Below, piece after piece: positions 34,840 to 48,084 of a stretch of 64,000 nucleotides of DNA. Made by a program: the position numbers and the translations under genes. The stretch covers positions 2,728,001 through 2,792,000 of the forward strand of contig JAYWIR010000014.1 of assembly GCA_036172245.1 (NCBI GenBank). Reading direction: 5' to 3'. The DNA is from Raillietiella orientalis. Lineage: Eukaryota. The notes beneath the pieces were generated by a model that had not been told where the DNA came from, did no database searches, and saw only the letters and a list, made by a program, of their open reading frames with translations. Numbering within the stretch: position 1 is the first letter of the stretch; every line of letters begins with the position of its first letter.

Positions 34840-36800
34840 CGCGCTCTCTCTGGAGGGACCCCTGGAAGGGACCGCTCCTTTGTTTCTTCTTCGAAGGGAA
34901 CCCGGAAAGGATCCGCTCCTTGAATTGCTTCTTCGGAGAGAACCCACAACCTCTCCTTCTTCCCTCCTCTGAAAAAAAACCTGAAGGGACGCTTCCGAAT
35001 TTTTTCTGGAGGCGCTCCCCGAAGGGAACAGCGCCTTTCCTGAGACTATGGAGAAGTATCGATCCACCAGCTCCATGGCACGAGGCGGGGGGTCCATTCA
35101 CGAAGGAGGGACGACTCCGTCCTCACAACCAGAGGGGCACCCAGAAAGGAACAGGCCCCCTGGATTCAGCTTCCTGGAAGGACCCCGGAGGATCGACTCC
35201 CAATCCCGACCACTCATCAGGGGCTTCTGGTTTTTGCCAGCTCCTACCAGCGCCTCACCCGATTATGGGCCAACCAGCGTCATCTTGGGGGAGAACGCGA
35301 ACCTGCGATGCACCCATTTCTCTCGTGTCCGTTCTTTGCGCGTATTCGAACTCGTGACGTCTGGAGCCACTCACGGGGAGACTGCAACCACACGGCCTCC
35401 GACGCGGACATACCTCTGAGTCTGCTCACAGAAGGGCTTATCCCTTGGAAACAAAGCTTGATATTGATCCAGGAAGATACGTACGATGTCTGCGCGTCAA
35501 ATATGGGAAATATCAGTTGAGCCTGATTCCTACTTCAACAGAATCATAAAAAACGACCTGACACTGAATCTCTCAGATATGCAGAACGCACTCGAACTGC
35601 TAGACGCTCGTGCAAGTCCTGGGAAAATAATACTTGCCAAGGAAATTCTGCAATGCGTGGAACCCCTTTTTCAGGAAGCCAACTGTCGAATCGGATGGAG
35701 AAGAAACATCTAAGATTCACACAGGACGATACGTCTTCAAAGCGATCTTATGCACATCATAACTGTCTCTGTATAGAGGTGGTGAAAAGTCACCAGAGGC
35801 AGCACGCTCAACGGCATTCAGGTTGGAGACATTCCTGACTTCGCCGACTATCTCCTCTTTCTGGTTTTCTTTGTTTTGGTCCGCTAAGTGCTCCTCAAGA
35901 GCCTGTCGCCTGCCTCGCGGCTCACGTGGCCCTTTTAAACACTGTTTTGTTTCCACGCCTCTCCGCCTGCGGCAAGGGGGCATAATTCTTCAGGATAGGG
36001 GGCACCCCGGGATGGGGTCCGCCCTATGACTCCAGGAAGGGCTCGGAGTCCGTTCCTCTCACGCTTGGGAAGGGATACCCCCCCGGATCGCACCTCCCAC
36101 CCTGGTTGTCTCCGAAGGAGAACCCCGAAGGGAATCTCCTTCCTCATTCTCTCCGGAGGGACACCTCCCCCCAATGGGGAGGGGCTGTCCTCTCCATTTC
36201 AACTTCTCCGAAGGGAATCCGGAAAGGATCCGCTAGTAGGAATTTCTTCTCCGGAGGGAACCCGCAAGGGAACCGCTCCTGTTCACTCCTCTGAAGAGAA
36301 CCCCGAAGAGACACTTCCGAAAGGGGCGCTGCAGCTTTCCGCAGGGGAATCTCTCTCTCTTGCTTCCTTGCACTCTCGAAGAGGCGACGACTCGGAGGGT
36401 AACCCCCGCTGATGGGGTCCGCTCCATCGAACAACTGGGAGAGGTGCCCGTGAGGTCTCCTGCTCCCTGTTGAAACCGGAAAGGTACCCTCACTGAGGGG
36501 GTCCGCTCTCCGTTGTACGACCGGAGGGGGAACTCCCCACTCCTTGGATTTCTGGAAGAACCCGAAGGTGAACTCCCATTGTTCCGGCCTTCATTAGGGG
36601 CCTGCGGCTTTATCCACCGCCGGTGCCACGCCCTAATGTCTCGGCCAACCGGCGCCATGGCAGGAGAAACTCGGAACCCAACGACGCAGTGGCTTCAGTT
36701 TCTGCCAGAGTATTCGATCCCAAGACGCATGGTGCCACACGCGGAAGCCTTAACCACAAGGCCTCGGACGCGGGTTTTCCTTTCTGTGTGGCAGGTGATG
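34840..36800 (+). repeat. Two diverged copies (~34840-35420 and ~36050-36800) of a probable retroelement 5'/ORF1 region containing degenerate ~40-bp tandem repeats
   Basis: Recurrent unit CTYCGAAGGGAACCCGGAAAGGATCCGCTCCT at 34850-35040 and 36105-36330 (also 33715-33740). Downstream segments 35340-35410 and 36705-36775 align (GTATTCGA...AACCACANGGCCTCNGACGCGG). ORF1 identity is inference. Confidence 0.55.
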
Positions 36801-39800
36801 AAGATCAAGAGACACATTTTTATTCATCGTCGAACTGATGGACTCGGAACTAAGACTTGTGATCAATCCGAGGTGCAAGATGCTAACCGTGAGAATCCCG
36901 GACTTTACTAACTTCATCTCCAGGGGATTCCAGATAGCATGATATCCGAAATTGGATGTTTACATTGGTTCACATTGCCTTATGAGCAAAGGTACAACAG
37001 TAAGACACTATCGATACCCTTAAAAGCGAGACAACGAAGTACACATGGTCATACCTCAGCTTGGAAGCAATGGAACCGAGTCTTATCATCCAATTTTCTT
37101 TTTGGAACAGCCTACTCCACTCCATGTCTGAGACGATGGTCGATTGAGCCAACGTGCAGAGAACATTAAAAATGCTGAGAGCAGGGAACTTTCATGTGGA
37201 ACAAAAATTCCTGTGCCGCGTACGATCGGTAGGTAGCACTGGGATGAGATATCAGGCATTCCATCAAACACAAGGACTTATGTCTACTAATCAAGCCTAT
37301 CAACCTGGGGGATGAGTAACCATGCGTGTTCCGCATAGCACTTTCCAAGTTTACCAACGGGATCGATGGCTTCACTACTGCTTTCAGCTGTAGAAAGGAT
37401 CATCGGAATAGAGTAGACCCAAGTTAGATGAGAAAGCAACTCAACAATGATGTAAAACCGAAGGTGATCCAGAAGATCAGGGAAATCTGAGAAAAGGAGC
37501 TCGTTCTTGTGAGACATTGGTTCATCCTTATCTCATAAGCAACATAAAAACAGCTACAAAGATCGACTGTGGCCATAGAAGACTGCGAGGAGTTCTCGCT
37601 GAGCAGCAATGTCTGATAACCGTGCCTGTTCGCCCACAAGATCTAGATTCAAAGCTGGACGACTCAGTCCTAAATATGACATTGTAGAGCTTACAATGAG
37701 TAGAGGTCATTTTCCGGAGTCTCGAAATCATACCCAACAACCTACAGGAGCGAGGAAAGCACTGAACCAGAGACCATGTGTGGGATGCTGGTCCCCAGAT
37801 ATCGGCGAGTGGATTCTCCGGAGTCTCCCTCTAGAGATCCGTCTGCCACCAGAAGATGAGGACGCCGTTCCATCACGGAGGAACTTTGAATGGCAGTAGG
37901 ATCCAGCATTGGGCAGGCGATCCAGCTCAGAGTATTACCCAGTTCTTCATGTGTAGAATCTACAGACACATAGTGGAGAATATCCTAAATGTACCTCAAA
38001 AGAGTACTAATTCCTTCCCAGAACTCAACATAGTGCACAAGTAAATGCCGTACTACGTGGAGAGCTAAACTACGCCGTTAGTGTTGATATTCTCTCGGCG
38101 CTCGTGTTGTAAAATTTGGTTGCAAAAGTTTCTTTGGTTGATAAAATGAACTGACCCACTGCTCGTCGGATTGGAGAAAGTCCCATTAATATGCTGATAA
38201 AATTTAATTGGCCTCTCAAAGGATTCTTACTTTCAAAAATATGTGAATTTAGAAAGCAAGCGAATCAATATGTAATTTGTTGAGAATTTTTTATTTTAGC
38301 GCCATTCGAAATCAATTTTTTTGAAAATGGCGTGAAAATTGAAACTCACTATTGAAACTCATTACTCACACACTCACTACTCAAACAATCTGATGGGTAG
38401 ATCATTTTTATATTTGTAGGTTCATTTATATGTTTCTTTTTTTTTTTTTAAAAAAAAAGCTTTTTCTAGGCATGAAATTGTTTCTTCCAAGAATGAACAA
38501 AAAACTGACTACTTAGATTGTTTTCAGTCATTTTTCCACGTTCTTATTCCATTCCCTTGAATGTTTAAGACTGCTGTGAACATTTAACTTGTTAATTTTG
38601 AATTCACTCGTCAGTCTGTTTGAAGAGCTTGGGCACCGTGAATCTCGTCAGACTAGGCTTTGTGTACACGGTAAGAAAAACAAGTGTTATGTTGTCAATT
38701 TCACAGATTTCCGGGTTTTCTGAATTATGAGCCAAAGCACCAGCATAGCGAATACCATTTTTGTACGTTCAAGGGCAGCATGAATTCTTACATAGAAGCA
38801 CATGCATGTATGTGCATGTGTGCTTATATGTATATGTGTGTTCATGTAGGTACGTTTTGCATGAGACATCACCCTGTGTACCAGGAATCTTGTTTTCGAT
38901 CCGTTTCTGCAAGTTCATGATCAGATTTTATGCTTTTATCTGAAAGCTACACAAACCTGCTAGGATGTTTGGAAGTCTTTCAATACATAAGCAAATCGAA
39001 GAATGCAAAAGGTTTGAATTTGAGTGCCAGCTAATGTGCATCTGATAGTTATGGAAAGAATTTTTATTATTAAATGGTGTTTTCTTTATAATTAATCTGC
39101 AGTATTCTATTTGCCATTATAAGTTTCACTTTATGATGTATTATTATTTTTCTTTATTGTTCTGAGGTTGATTGCCTACATTGTGTGAGGAATATAAAAG
39201 ATGAGAGTTTCAATAAAAGATTCTTTGTTTCCGGTGATCGAAATGAAAAATGCACCAAATTCTTGCTATTCGTGAAAAAGTAAAGCAAATCTTGTATTCT
39301 AAAGAATTGTGTGTACCTCGGAGCAGAAGAAAGGAAGTAGGTTAGGATACATATTTGATACTACTAGGTCGAGGGTTTTCATTGTCATAAGTGCATAACA
39401 GAACTCAGGGGAAAGATCACACTAGACATTTATTGTTATTAATCATTGAGACAGTCCGTGGAAATGTAGAAAACTGGCAATTTCTGTTCTTAAGATGGGT
39501 TCATTATTGGTTTAGGCATGGGTATCTTAATATGCAGTTGTTTGGTTGACTCATTTAATTCATTTGTATTTAATGAAGATGAGTTCCATAACTTTTGCCT
39601 GCTACTTTCATGAGCTCAATCTTTCATTTTTGCACTGGTTTGGAATTTTCATTCAGCATTTTAGCATCCTACAGGATCACCAGCCCAAAACATTAATAAT
39701 TGCTATATTAGTGATTGAGTTCATACAAATAATAACTGTTGATACAGTCTTTATCAGGTGTTTTGCTGAAATACCTACCACTGTTCCTTAAGACAATACT

Positions 39801-41211
39801 TGAAACTAGAAGCTGGTAGAGGCAGTTATGAACCTTGGTTCTTGATCAGTCTTCTTCAACATCAGGTTTCATTGTTATTTCCCTTTTGATGGTATTTTGT
39901 ATATGTTTCATCTAAGCCCAGTAGATCAGTTAACAGATCAGTTGATTCTTAAGTAAGTGACCAGTAGATTTGATCTTGCAGTAAATGACCAATAAATGAT
40001 CAGTAAATCTCATGGTTTTTAGGGAAACAGTAACTGGGTTGATGATTTCATGGATGTGGACTGCTACAAATGCTAAATCAGCCATAAGAACATGAAGTTC
40101 TTGATGATTCTACCTGTGCCTTTTCAGAAGACCATCAAGATACCTGTTGAGAAGCCATTATAGAGATGAGAAAGGTTTTTCAGTATTTTCATTTTGGCAA
40201 TAAAATTTTTGAAATAATTTTGTATAGTATTTCTATTCAAATCGATTCTTTATTTTTAATCTGTATTCCATGTAGAGAAAAAATAGAAAGAAAAGTTTTT
40301 TTTTTTTTAAGAGTACCTCATTTGAGTCAAAGTTTCAACTGAATTCATCGCATTTATTAAAGCAGAACCCTGCAGCTTGCATGCATCAGTAACATACTGA
40401 ATGTGTTTTGTCAACCAAGCATTGTTAGTGGGAGATGACTTTGGTAACCTAGGTTTTCTCTACCATATACATTTATTATTTATTGGAAATGTTTCATCTT
40501 ATATTGCCAACAGGTAGAGCAACTTGAACTTTGTCATCAATCTTGCATTCTCAAACTTGAAATGGCAGGCTGCCTCTTATTTTTGCTGTGCATGAAACCT
40601 GATTATACTTAAAGAGGAATGCCTTTTCTGTCCTCGACAGATACTGTAAAATAGCTGAACGAAAATAAGATTGTGAAATGGGGCATTTGGAACCTTATCT
40701 GCCCCCCCCCCCAAAATCAGCAGTCACTGCTTGCCCATTATCACGGTTTAGTGAGACTGGCTCCCCAGGTGTGTGGGCAGTCAGAGTGTTTCTCCGGAAA
40801 GTGTCCATTTAGATGCAAGGGTATACTTTCAAAGGGATGTGTAATTAAAGAAATCAAACAGTGTGATCACCGTTGGATAATGTTCTCTTACTCCATCCGT
40901 CATTATTACTGGAAAATGCTTAATTTATCGATTTCGTGCATTATAGTTTCCATTTTTTTTTTCTTCTCACGATGTAATACGAAACCCGAGCCGACCTCCA
41001 GATTGCCCCAGCATAGCGATTTCTGTCGCAGGATGCAGAACACGCCGACCCTCTGGCCCTCCGAGTGATGTGGTTCACCCATCAGATCTCTCAAACCCTT
41101 TGTTATTCTGACTGCATAACCTCGTTTTTTTTTGTCAAGTCTTGACATCCTAAGGCTGACCGGCTATTAGATTAGTTAAAATTACTGGGCGTCTCCTCCT
41201 CCGCCACGGTC

Positions 41212-41214
<3 letters not shown>

Positions 41215-41266
<52 letters not shown>
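41215..41266. repeat. (TA)26 microsatellite
   Basis: Perfect TA dinucleotide run. Confidence 0.98.
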
Positions 41267-41268
<2 letters not shown>

Positions 41269-41939
41269 CTTGCTTTCGGAACCGACATCATTATTTTCCG
41301 GGTGCAAGTAATAAAATTATGTTGGTCCCGACGGTTTCCTGATTCGGGACTGAAGGAACTTCGCTACAGCTCAAGACAACGCTGGAAGACCCGTCATGTG
41401 TGCGCAAATGTGTGCCCTGCTATCACAGTGTTTCTTGTGCAACTGGGAAAATGGCGAAGAGACGATCTGTTGAATGTCTGGTTATGTCTGGCGAAGTTTT
41501 CTGGCCACATCCACGCTTTGGAATGGATGATGGAAATTACAGGACCTCAGAAGGATGCGCGTAACTCGTGCTCCCAAATGTTGTGTTCTTCCTCTATCCG
41601 GATTGCTCAAGAGGCAGGAGCCTGTTGCCTTTGGTCTTTCCCGTGGTGTGCGTGCACCAAGCGTTTGAATGTGGCCTGCACTCTTCCAGCTGAGCTGGAA
41701 GGCACGATCTCCAACTTTTAAAATCATCCCGAAAATATAATTCGCCGATTTGCTGAGGAAGATCCATCAATCGGGTGCTGGGAATGAAGTGAGATACGAA
41801 AGTGAAAGACAAGAAGGCAAAACATGAAAGAAAATTCGACACGTGAAACAGTGGGAGAAAAAAAAAAAGGATTTCTTCGATAAAAATAACATGTCATGCA
41901 CCACTGGGAGATGGGGAAGCATAGTATTTGCGCCATCTT

Positions 41940-42720
41940 GTAGCTGTAAACTTTGGAAGTGAAAAAGGGAAGGATTATGGGCAATTGCACGGAGGTAGTC
42001 CATAAGAACTGGCCGACTTTTCCACAATCATGGATTCTGTTTTAAGTTGTTGGGGTCCTCTGAAGTCCTGCGTCGCGGTGAATATGAAATAATCCCAAAA
42101 TCCGCAATTCTCATTGGGGGGGGGGGGGGGAGGCCATGCAAGGAAGGGATAGAGAGCCGGACTGGTGGATGCTCTGGTTGTTTATGGAGATCGTTCTTTT
42201 CTTAATACTACATTGAGGGTTTTCGAAGGGCCACCCAGGGATGTGCATGTACCGAAGGTTGCATCCCCTTAACTAGAAATTCCCTGGTGCCTGTGCACTC
42301 TTTCTCGCAGAGCGCCAGAGAAGGTGTGGCAAAAGAATGGGAGCAGGAAGTGCAGTACTGCGGCGGACCGGTGTTTCCTATGCGCCCCACCTCTGAGGTG
42401 AACGCACTTACGACACGATGGGAGGTATTTGTGCCATTGTTCCAGGATTCTCAGGAGATGGGAGAACTTAATGGGGAGTGCTCGTGTCAGTGCTATTTCG
42501 AATCATAGAACTTTAAAAGGAACAGCGGCATGCAGAAAACGAATGTGAGCATATTCTTCCAGGAGAGCCATGCCCTGAGAGGAAAGAAGCAGCTGTTCAT
42601 CGCGATGAAGGACTGCGAAATAGAATCCATGATCGTGAAAAAGTCGGCCAGTTCTTATGGACTACCTCCGTGCAATGGCCCATAATCCTTCCCTTTTTCA
42701 TTTTCAAAGTGTACGGCTAC
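41940..42720. mobile_element. Mutator-like (MULE) transposase 3' remnants, two copies in opposite orientation
   Basis: Plus ~42500-42700 reads RIIEL*KEQRHAENECEHILPGEPCPERKEAAVHRDEGLRNRIHDRE/SRPVLMDYLRAMAHN. Minus 42090-41940 reads IHRDAGLQ...RPVLMDYLRAIAHN. 'KEQ...DYLRAIAHN' is a typical C-terminus of animal MULE transposases. Confidence 0.7.
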
Positions 42721-45700
42721 GCTTTTTAACAGTCGACTTTTATTTTTTTGCTTTTTTTAAATTAGCTTCTCAAGTGTTTTTTTTTTTTTTTCTAATGGAG
42801 TACCTAGAGATTCGTGAATACTTCCACGAATATTATGGACAACCGTGGAAAGCACATTGCCAGTGATCCGAGTTCGAAGACTCCAGTACGTTGTTTCCAA
42901 CTGCCACAGTGAAGCTCAGCGAACATCTTGGGACATCACTCAGGGTGCTAAGAAGGAGAAGGGAATAACCGAATTTCCCGGAAATGAGGAGGCGATGGGA
43001 AATTCACGAATGCTTGTGTTTTTCTAAATTAGCCTTGGACAGGACTGAAGTGTTTTTTATTCGATAGGCTACTACTCGGTGTGATTTCTCCCAAAAGGTG
43101 GGAAATAAGCTTCCGAGGTCTCTCTTGAGAGTCAGAGAAAGCTCAAAAGACATGAATGAACTTTTCAATCCATTAATTCAGTATATAACAAAGCCAAAAT
43201 TCTCTTTCTCTCCCTACAAACACACACACACACACATATAGGTTTGCACGTACAGAACGAGGTAAATGGATGGATAGATAGAATTGGTCGACAACTCTGA
43301 TAAATACTGCAAGTAGAGAGATGAGAACTTGGAACCAGCTCTTCAGTTACAGGCAGTTTGAGAAATGGTGCAAGGAACGTGACCATTACACGGGGTCAGA
43401 ATACGGCGAATTGGGATATGAAGTGGTACGTGCGTGCGAGCAAATTAAATGTCTGAGTGCCTCATGTACCTCCTCAACTAAGAGATCGAAGACGGTCTCG
43501 AACAGAGCAGTTTAAGGAGGGCGTCCACTCAGAGGAGATTTCGCGGGAAGACGGTGAGACGCCGGATCGAAACGCAGGAGCTTAGAAAGTTTCGCCACTC
43601 TTTCGTTTGGTAATTTCTAATCACATAATCATGCAGCAGAGGTGTAATTTATGTGCATCATGACGCATCTCCAAACAGTACACATCAACAGCCAAGACTG
43701 TCGACACGAATTACGAAGCATCTTGTTTGATTTTTGCATTCAAGGCAGTGGCACCTCTCAACTTTATAGTTTAGGAAGGGAGTAACACAGAAACAGGAGA
43801 CTTCAAGCGGGAAGCCGAAACCAATATGGACAGGACTTGAGAAATGCCGAATGTCACATGGCTGAAAACGAAATTTTGCTTTAGCGAACTTGAATCTGGC
43901 GGTTCCGTGAATTCCATGGTCTTCCGGAAAAGCTGAATTATCGGGAACCTGCTTGCGAGTTGGTGCCAAACCAGTGGGGTGAAAGGTGAGCTACTTGGAG
44001 GAAGGTGATGTGTCTAGAAATGTGCGCAGCGGCATAGCTGACTTTCACAGTTCAGAAAAAGGAGGAAGCATGGTGGGATGGTCGAGAAAGATCTCCACGA
44101 TAAAGGAATCCCAAGTTTCCACACTCCCACAAAATCTTAATGATTTGTGTTTTGGAAGAATTTGTTTTGATCGATTTTTCGAAATACATAGAATAATCGA
44201 TCAACAACTAAAGGCTACCATTGGAAAATCTGTCCTCTTACAAAAATCAAGACAAAAGAGATTCGTGGACTCTTCTGCCCCTTTCACACACTACGAGCTT
44301 CGGTGTTCCAATCAAGAGTCGGCTTCTGGGGATGAGGAAGATCTTCGAAAGACATCGTAGAGCGGCTGGCTACCTCACTAGAAGATGCATACTCTCGACA
44401 ACACGGGCTTGAAGACGTTTCCGAGAGCATGGTGGGTGGTGAGGTATTCAAGATGTAATTGCAACGAACATATGCGTTCCCTTCTCCACATTTCGACTTT
44501 GGGTTCGAACTATTTCCGCGCAACTGTTTCCGAACTGAACTTCTGAACTAGTCGAAATCGAAATAAGTGTTACAGCTGTTGCACTTATGCTGCTGAGGAG
44601 AGATCGAGTCTGGTTAAGTCTGATTTTCATTTTCCCTCAAAGGACTATGACAAGTGATTTTTTTTTTTTTTAAAAAAAAAAAAGCTTGAGAAAGAGTTTG
44701 GAAATCTAGGCAGACTGGTTCAACTGCAAATGATCAAGTATGACAAAGTAATTCTCATCCTTCAGCATGCCTCAGAGCCTCATTGTGCGCTCCATTTCAA
44801 AATAAGGTTCAGTCCATTCCCAAAACACTTTATCATTTGAATTGTCTGATTCCGAAGAAAGACTCTTTTTTTGTCCTGCATTCCAGCCCTAAATTCCTCC
44901 AAGTTTCAGTTCAAGCACTGCAATTCTTCGGCTCTAAAAATGATCATTCTTGGAAGTATAGAAACACGTCGCTAAGTTAGTTGACGAAGTGGTAGAGTCG
45001 AGACCTGAAACCGAAAATTTTGCCGAGATTTACGGTCGAGCTTATCATCCATTTCATTCGTATTTCCCAAGAGTCGTTGCTGCGGCGGTGACGAATATTT
45101 GTGGGCACTCGCGTCACTGCTCAGAAGTTGGATTCACTTTTCCAGTAGGTGCAAAACGAAATGGAATGTGTGCACACCATCTCTCGTATGCAAACGAGCT
45201 TTGGCTACGAAGGACCTATGACGAAAAAGCTCGAATCACAGTTGGGAGAGGGAAAAGAAATCCCATGCAATTCTTTGCTTTTGACTTGGTCTTTAAAAAC
45301 ATTCATCCTATCGCAAAACGATAATTCGGCATCTTCTCCTCCGAACTAAGAATGATTGTTTTACAGATGCTCTTGAGATCGTAATAATCACATGGCACAA
45401 AAAGTTCGATCTTCTGTGAAACAGAGGATTTCATGAAACAGAGCAACCTCACGCAGCAGAGACCTTCGAGCAGCCATGGCTCTGGGCTCATGGCACTCCG
45501 AGCCGTTTTTGGTGGAGCCTGTGAAACTGGTAATTGACCTTCTCACTAAGAGGCTCGCCAATAGAAACGCACCTCGCGCAAGTAAAAGTAAATAATAACA
45601 AGCGCAGCGAATAATTCTTCCACTCCTTTTTTCCCCTCTCTCAATGATCCTCCCTGATAAGTTACTGTTGTTATTGTGGACATTTTTTCCGTTTACCCAA

Positions 45701-46389
45701 CAACCATTTGAAATATCCCTCTGATTAGTAGCAACATCCCCGGTGGTGGCTGACAATAGGGCGATGGGACAAGACGAGAAGACTGAATCGCCTAGAGAAG
45801 TGGTCTGACCATTGCTCAGGATGTTAAGTTTGTACGAGACCTACAAGTTGAAAGCGCCACGTGGAAGAAGAGTGCTTGGAGCTCGTGTACTTGGTCGGTG
45901 ACCCCTTTTGGTTTTGAGTTTCTGGAATTCCGACGTATCTCCACTCAGTGCCCTCCCTGAAACGTCGAAAGAAGCGTAGAGTCGAGGAGAAATTCGTGTC
46001 ATGAGTATCATCAGCAGTCCAACTCTGCTTGGGGACTCCGAATAAGAGTAGGAGTAAATGAGAAGGCTGTACATTGAATCCGGTGTGGAAATCAGCTGCA
46101 GCTAAGAAAAGAATGGAGCACGGAGAGGTATTTCACCAGAAAACAAAAGGAGCTTAGGAGCATCACTGGCGGACATGGAAATGGGGGAGCAAGTGGGGGT
46201 AGTTCGAAACCAACTCTGGAAAACCTCGAGTTGAAAGTCACAACGTCGTGCATGCTAGCTGCCCAATCACTGACTTAACATCCGAACATCTTAAACCGCA
46301 TTCGGAAAGGGAATTTGTTAAAAAAAAAAAAAATGTCTCGCGGCAGTCGTTAAGATTTTTTAAGCTCGGAAAACGTTAGTTTCTTCGAC

Positions 46390-47450
46390 AAGCTGGGCAG
46401 AGTTCCATCCGGGAGAACAAACGAGATGGCAAATTCATTTGATCGATTCTGCATTGGGGATGAAAAAATCCCGTTCTCCTCCATTTGGCAACGGATGAAG
46501 CAAATGATAATACAAATCCATCTCAACTGTCGATTTTTATCGGAAGGATGAACAAAGAAACAGATATTCTGAGGACTCGCTTCGATTAATTTTCAATTGG
46601 TTGACGGGAAAGTAACTATTCAAAGTGCGATCGCCTTACTGGCCATACGAAAAACTTGTGGGTTTTGGCTACGGATGGGGTTTCGTCGAAGGCTGAGAAA
46701 AACAACCGCCTCGTAGCCTTACTGAAAACAAGTTCAAGTTTGGATCTTGAGAGCTCAGTATCCGGAACATGTTTGTGGCCGGTGCTTGGCCAGTGATCCA
46801 CCAATGTCTGTGTGGCAGCCGAATGAGTAAATTTCATCAAGGATCGGAGTCTTAACTGTCGTCAATTTAAGCGATTCCATGGGAATATGCAGAATGGAAC
46901 AGGATAATGTTCTTTAGGTGACCCAGTGATGATAAAATGTTAAAGAGCCTATCGACGTTACTTCAACTAGAGAACTTCTCGTTTATTTTGTACATCGATT
47001 GCTATACAAGATCCAACGCTACAATGTGTTTGCTGCTTGAATGTACACAAGAAGCCAAACACACAAAATGCAAACTGAGGGATAAAGTATCCGCGATAAA
47101 GTTTGGGTTTGCAAACGAAGAAATGATCCATTCCAAAGTTGTGGAAATGATGAACCCCGCCTGTGAAGCATGCAACCAGGATGAAGAGGGAGAATTTCTG
47201 AAGCTCACGATGAAAATGCTTCCCATACAGTTTGAAATTCAAGTCTTAAAAGAACTCCAAACACATATTCTGCAGTTTTCTGAACTATTTGAGCCCTTCC
47301 TAGCTAATTTTAAGCTTGATTGCTAATTTTTAAGCGATACTTGAAAGATCGATGTTGGTCATCAAGGAAAAAACCGAAAGATTTCAAAATACTAGCAAGG
47401 TTTCCGTTTACATCACATAATAACTATGAGTCAAGTCTTGCGGCACACCT
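46390..47450 (+). mobile_element. Decayed hAT (Charlie/Buster, GTF2IRD2/EPM2AIP1-like) transposase
   Basis: Ordered motifs across frameshifts: LATDEANDNTNPSQLSIFI (cf. LALDESTD...AQLAIFI), LATDGVSSKAEKNNRLVALLK (cf. TDGAPSM.GK.NGLVA.LK), YPEHVCGR (cf. HQE.LC.K), VNFIKDRSLNCRQFK (cf. VNFIRSR.LNHRQF), AKHTKCKL. Confidence 0.8.
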
Positions 47451-48084
47451 TCTAAAGTTTCACAATGTGCTTTTTCTTTTTTGAACTCAGATTATGATAC
47501 AGCAAGAGTGTAATGACTTCACAGATCGTGGATAGCATCAGTTCTGAGGGGCTGATTCTACCGCTGAATGCATTAAAGGATTACCTCATATTGGACTATG
47601 TGACTGAAATAAAATACAAAACCAAATTCGTGGTGGCAAATTGCAATTTCCTATATATATATGGGAGAAAAGTATTATATATATAATACTTTTTCTTGCA
47701 AGCAATGAGACGTATACTTGTAAACGAAATTGCATACAATTTCGGGCTCGGCAATGCATGCAATCACCACCATTTGTTTTGGGTGTTGCAAGATCGTATT
47801 TTTCGGAATGGTTTCCAATTTCTCCAAATCCAAAACATCAGCAGAACAGTAATGACTTAATGATAAGAAAAGAAAAAAGTTCGGACAGAACTCTATGAGT
47901 GTTGTGTTGATTTCCCATGTTAATTTTCAATTAATATGGATTCCTTTGCAGTTTAGCAGTTCCAGCGTCACGACGAAGCATTTCACATTATGAGAATTAA
48001 TCATCAATCAGCATGAAAGCAAAGGCTTAAGCACTATCCAAGGCAAAATACAAAGCAAGAAAGAATGAAAGAACAACACAAATT

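Noticed and set aside
34850..36350. CRISPR-like array
   Set aside because: Eukaryotic context, degenerate abutting repeats without unique spacers, and no cas genes.
40035..40090. Box C/D snoRNA candidate (TGATGA with a short terminal stem)
   Set aside because: No canonical CTGA D box at the 3' end and no identifiable guide or host gene.
43300..46110. Several 60-125 aa ORFs in moderately GC-rich sequence
   Set aside because: No motif recognised in any frame; likely unclassifiable TE debris.
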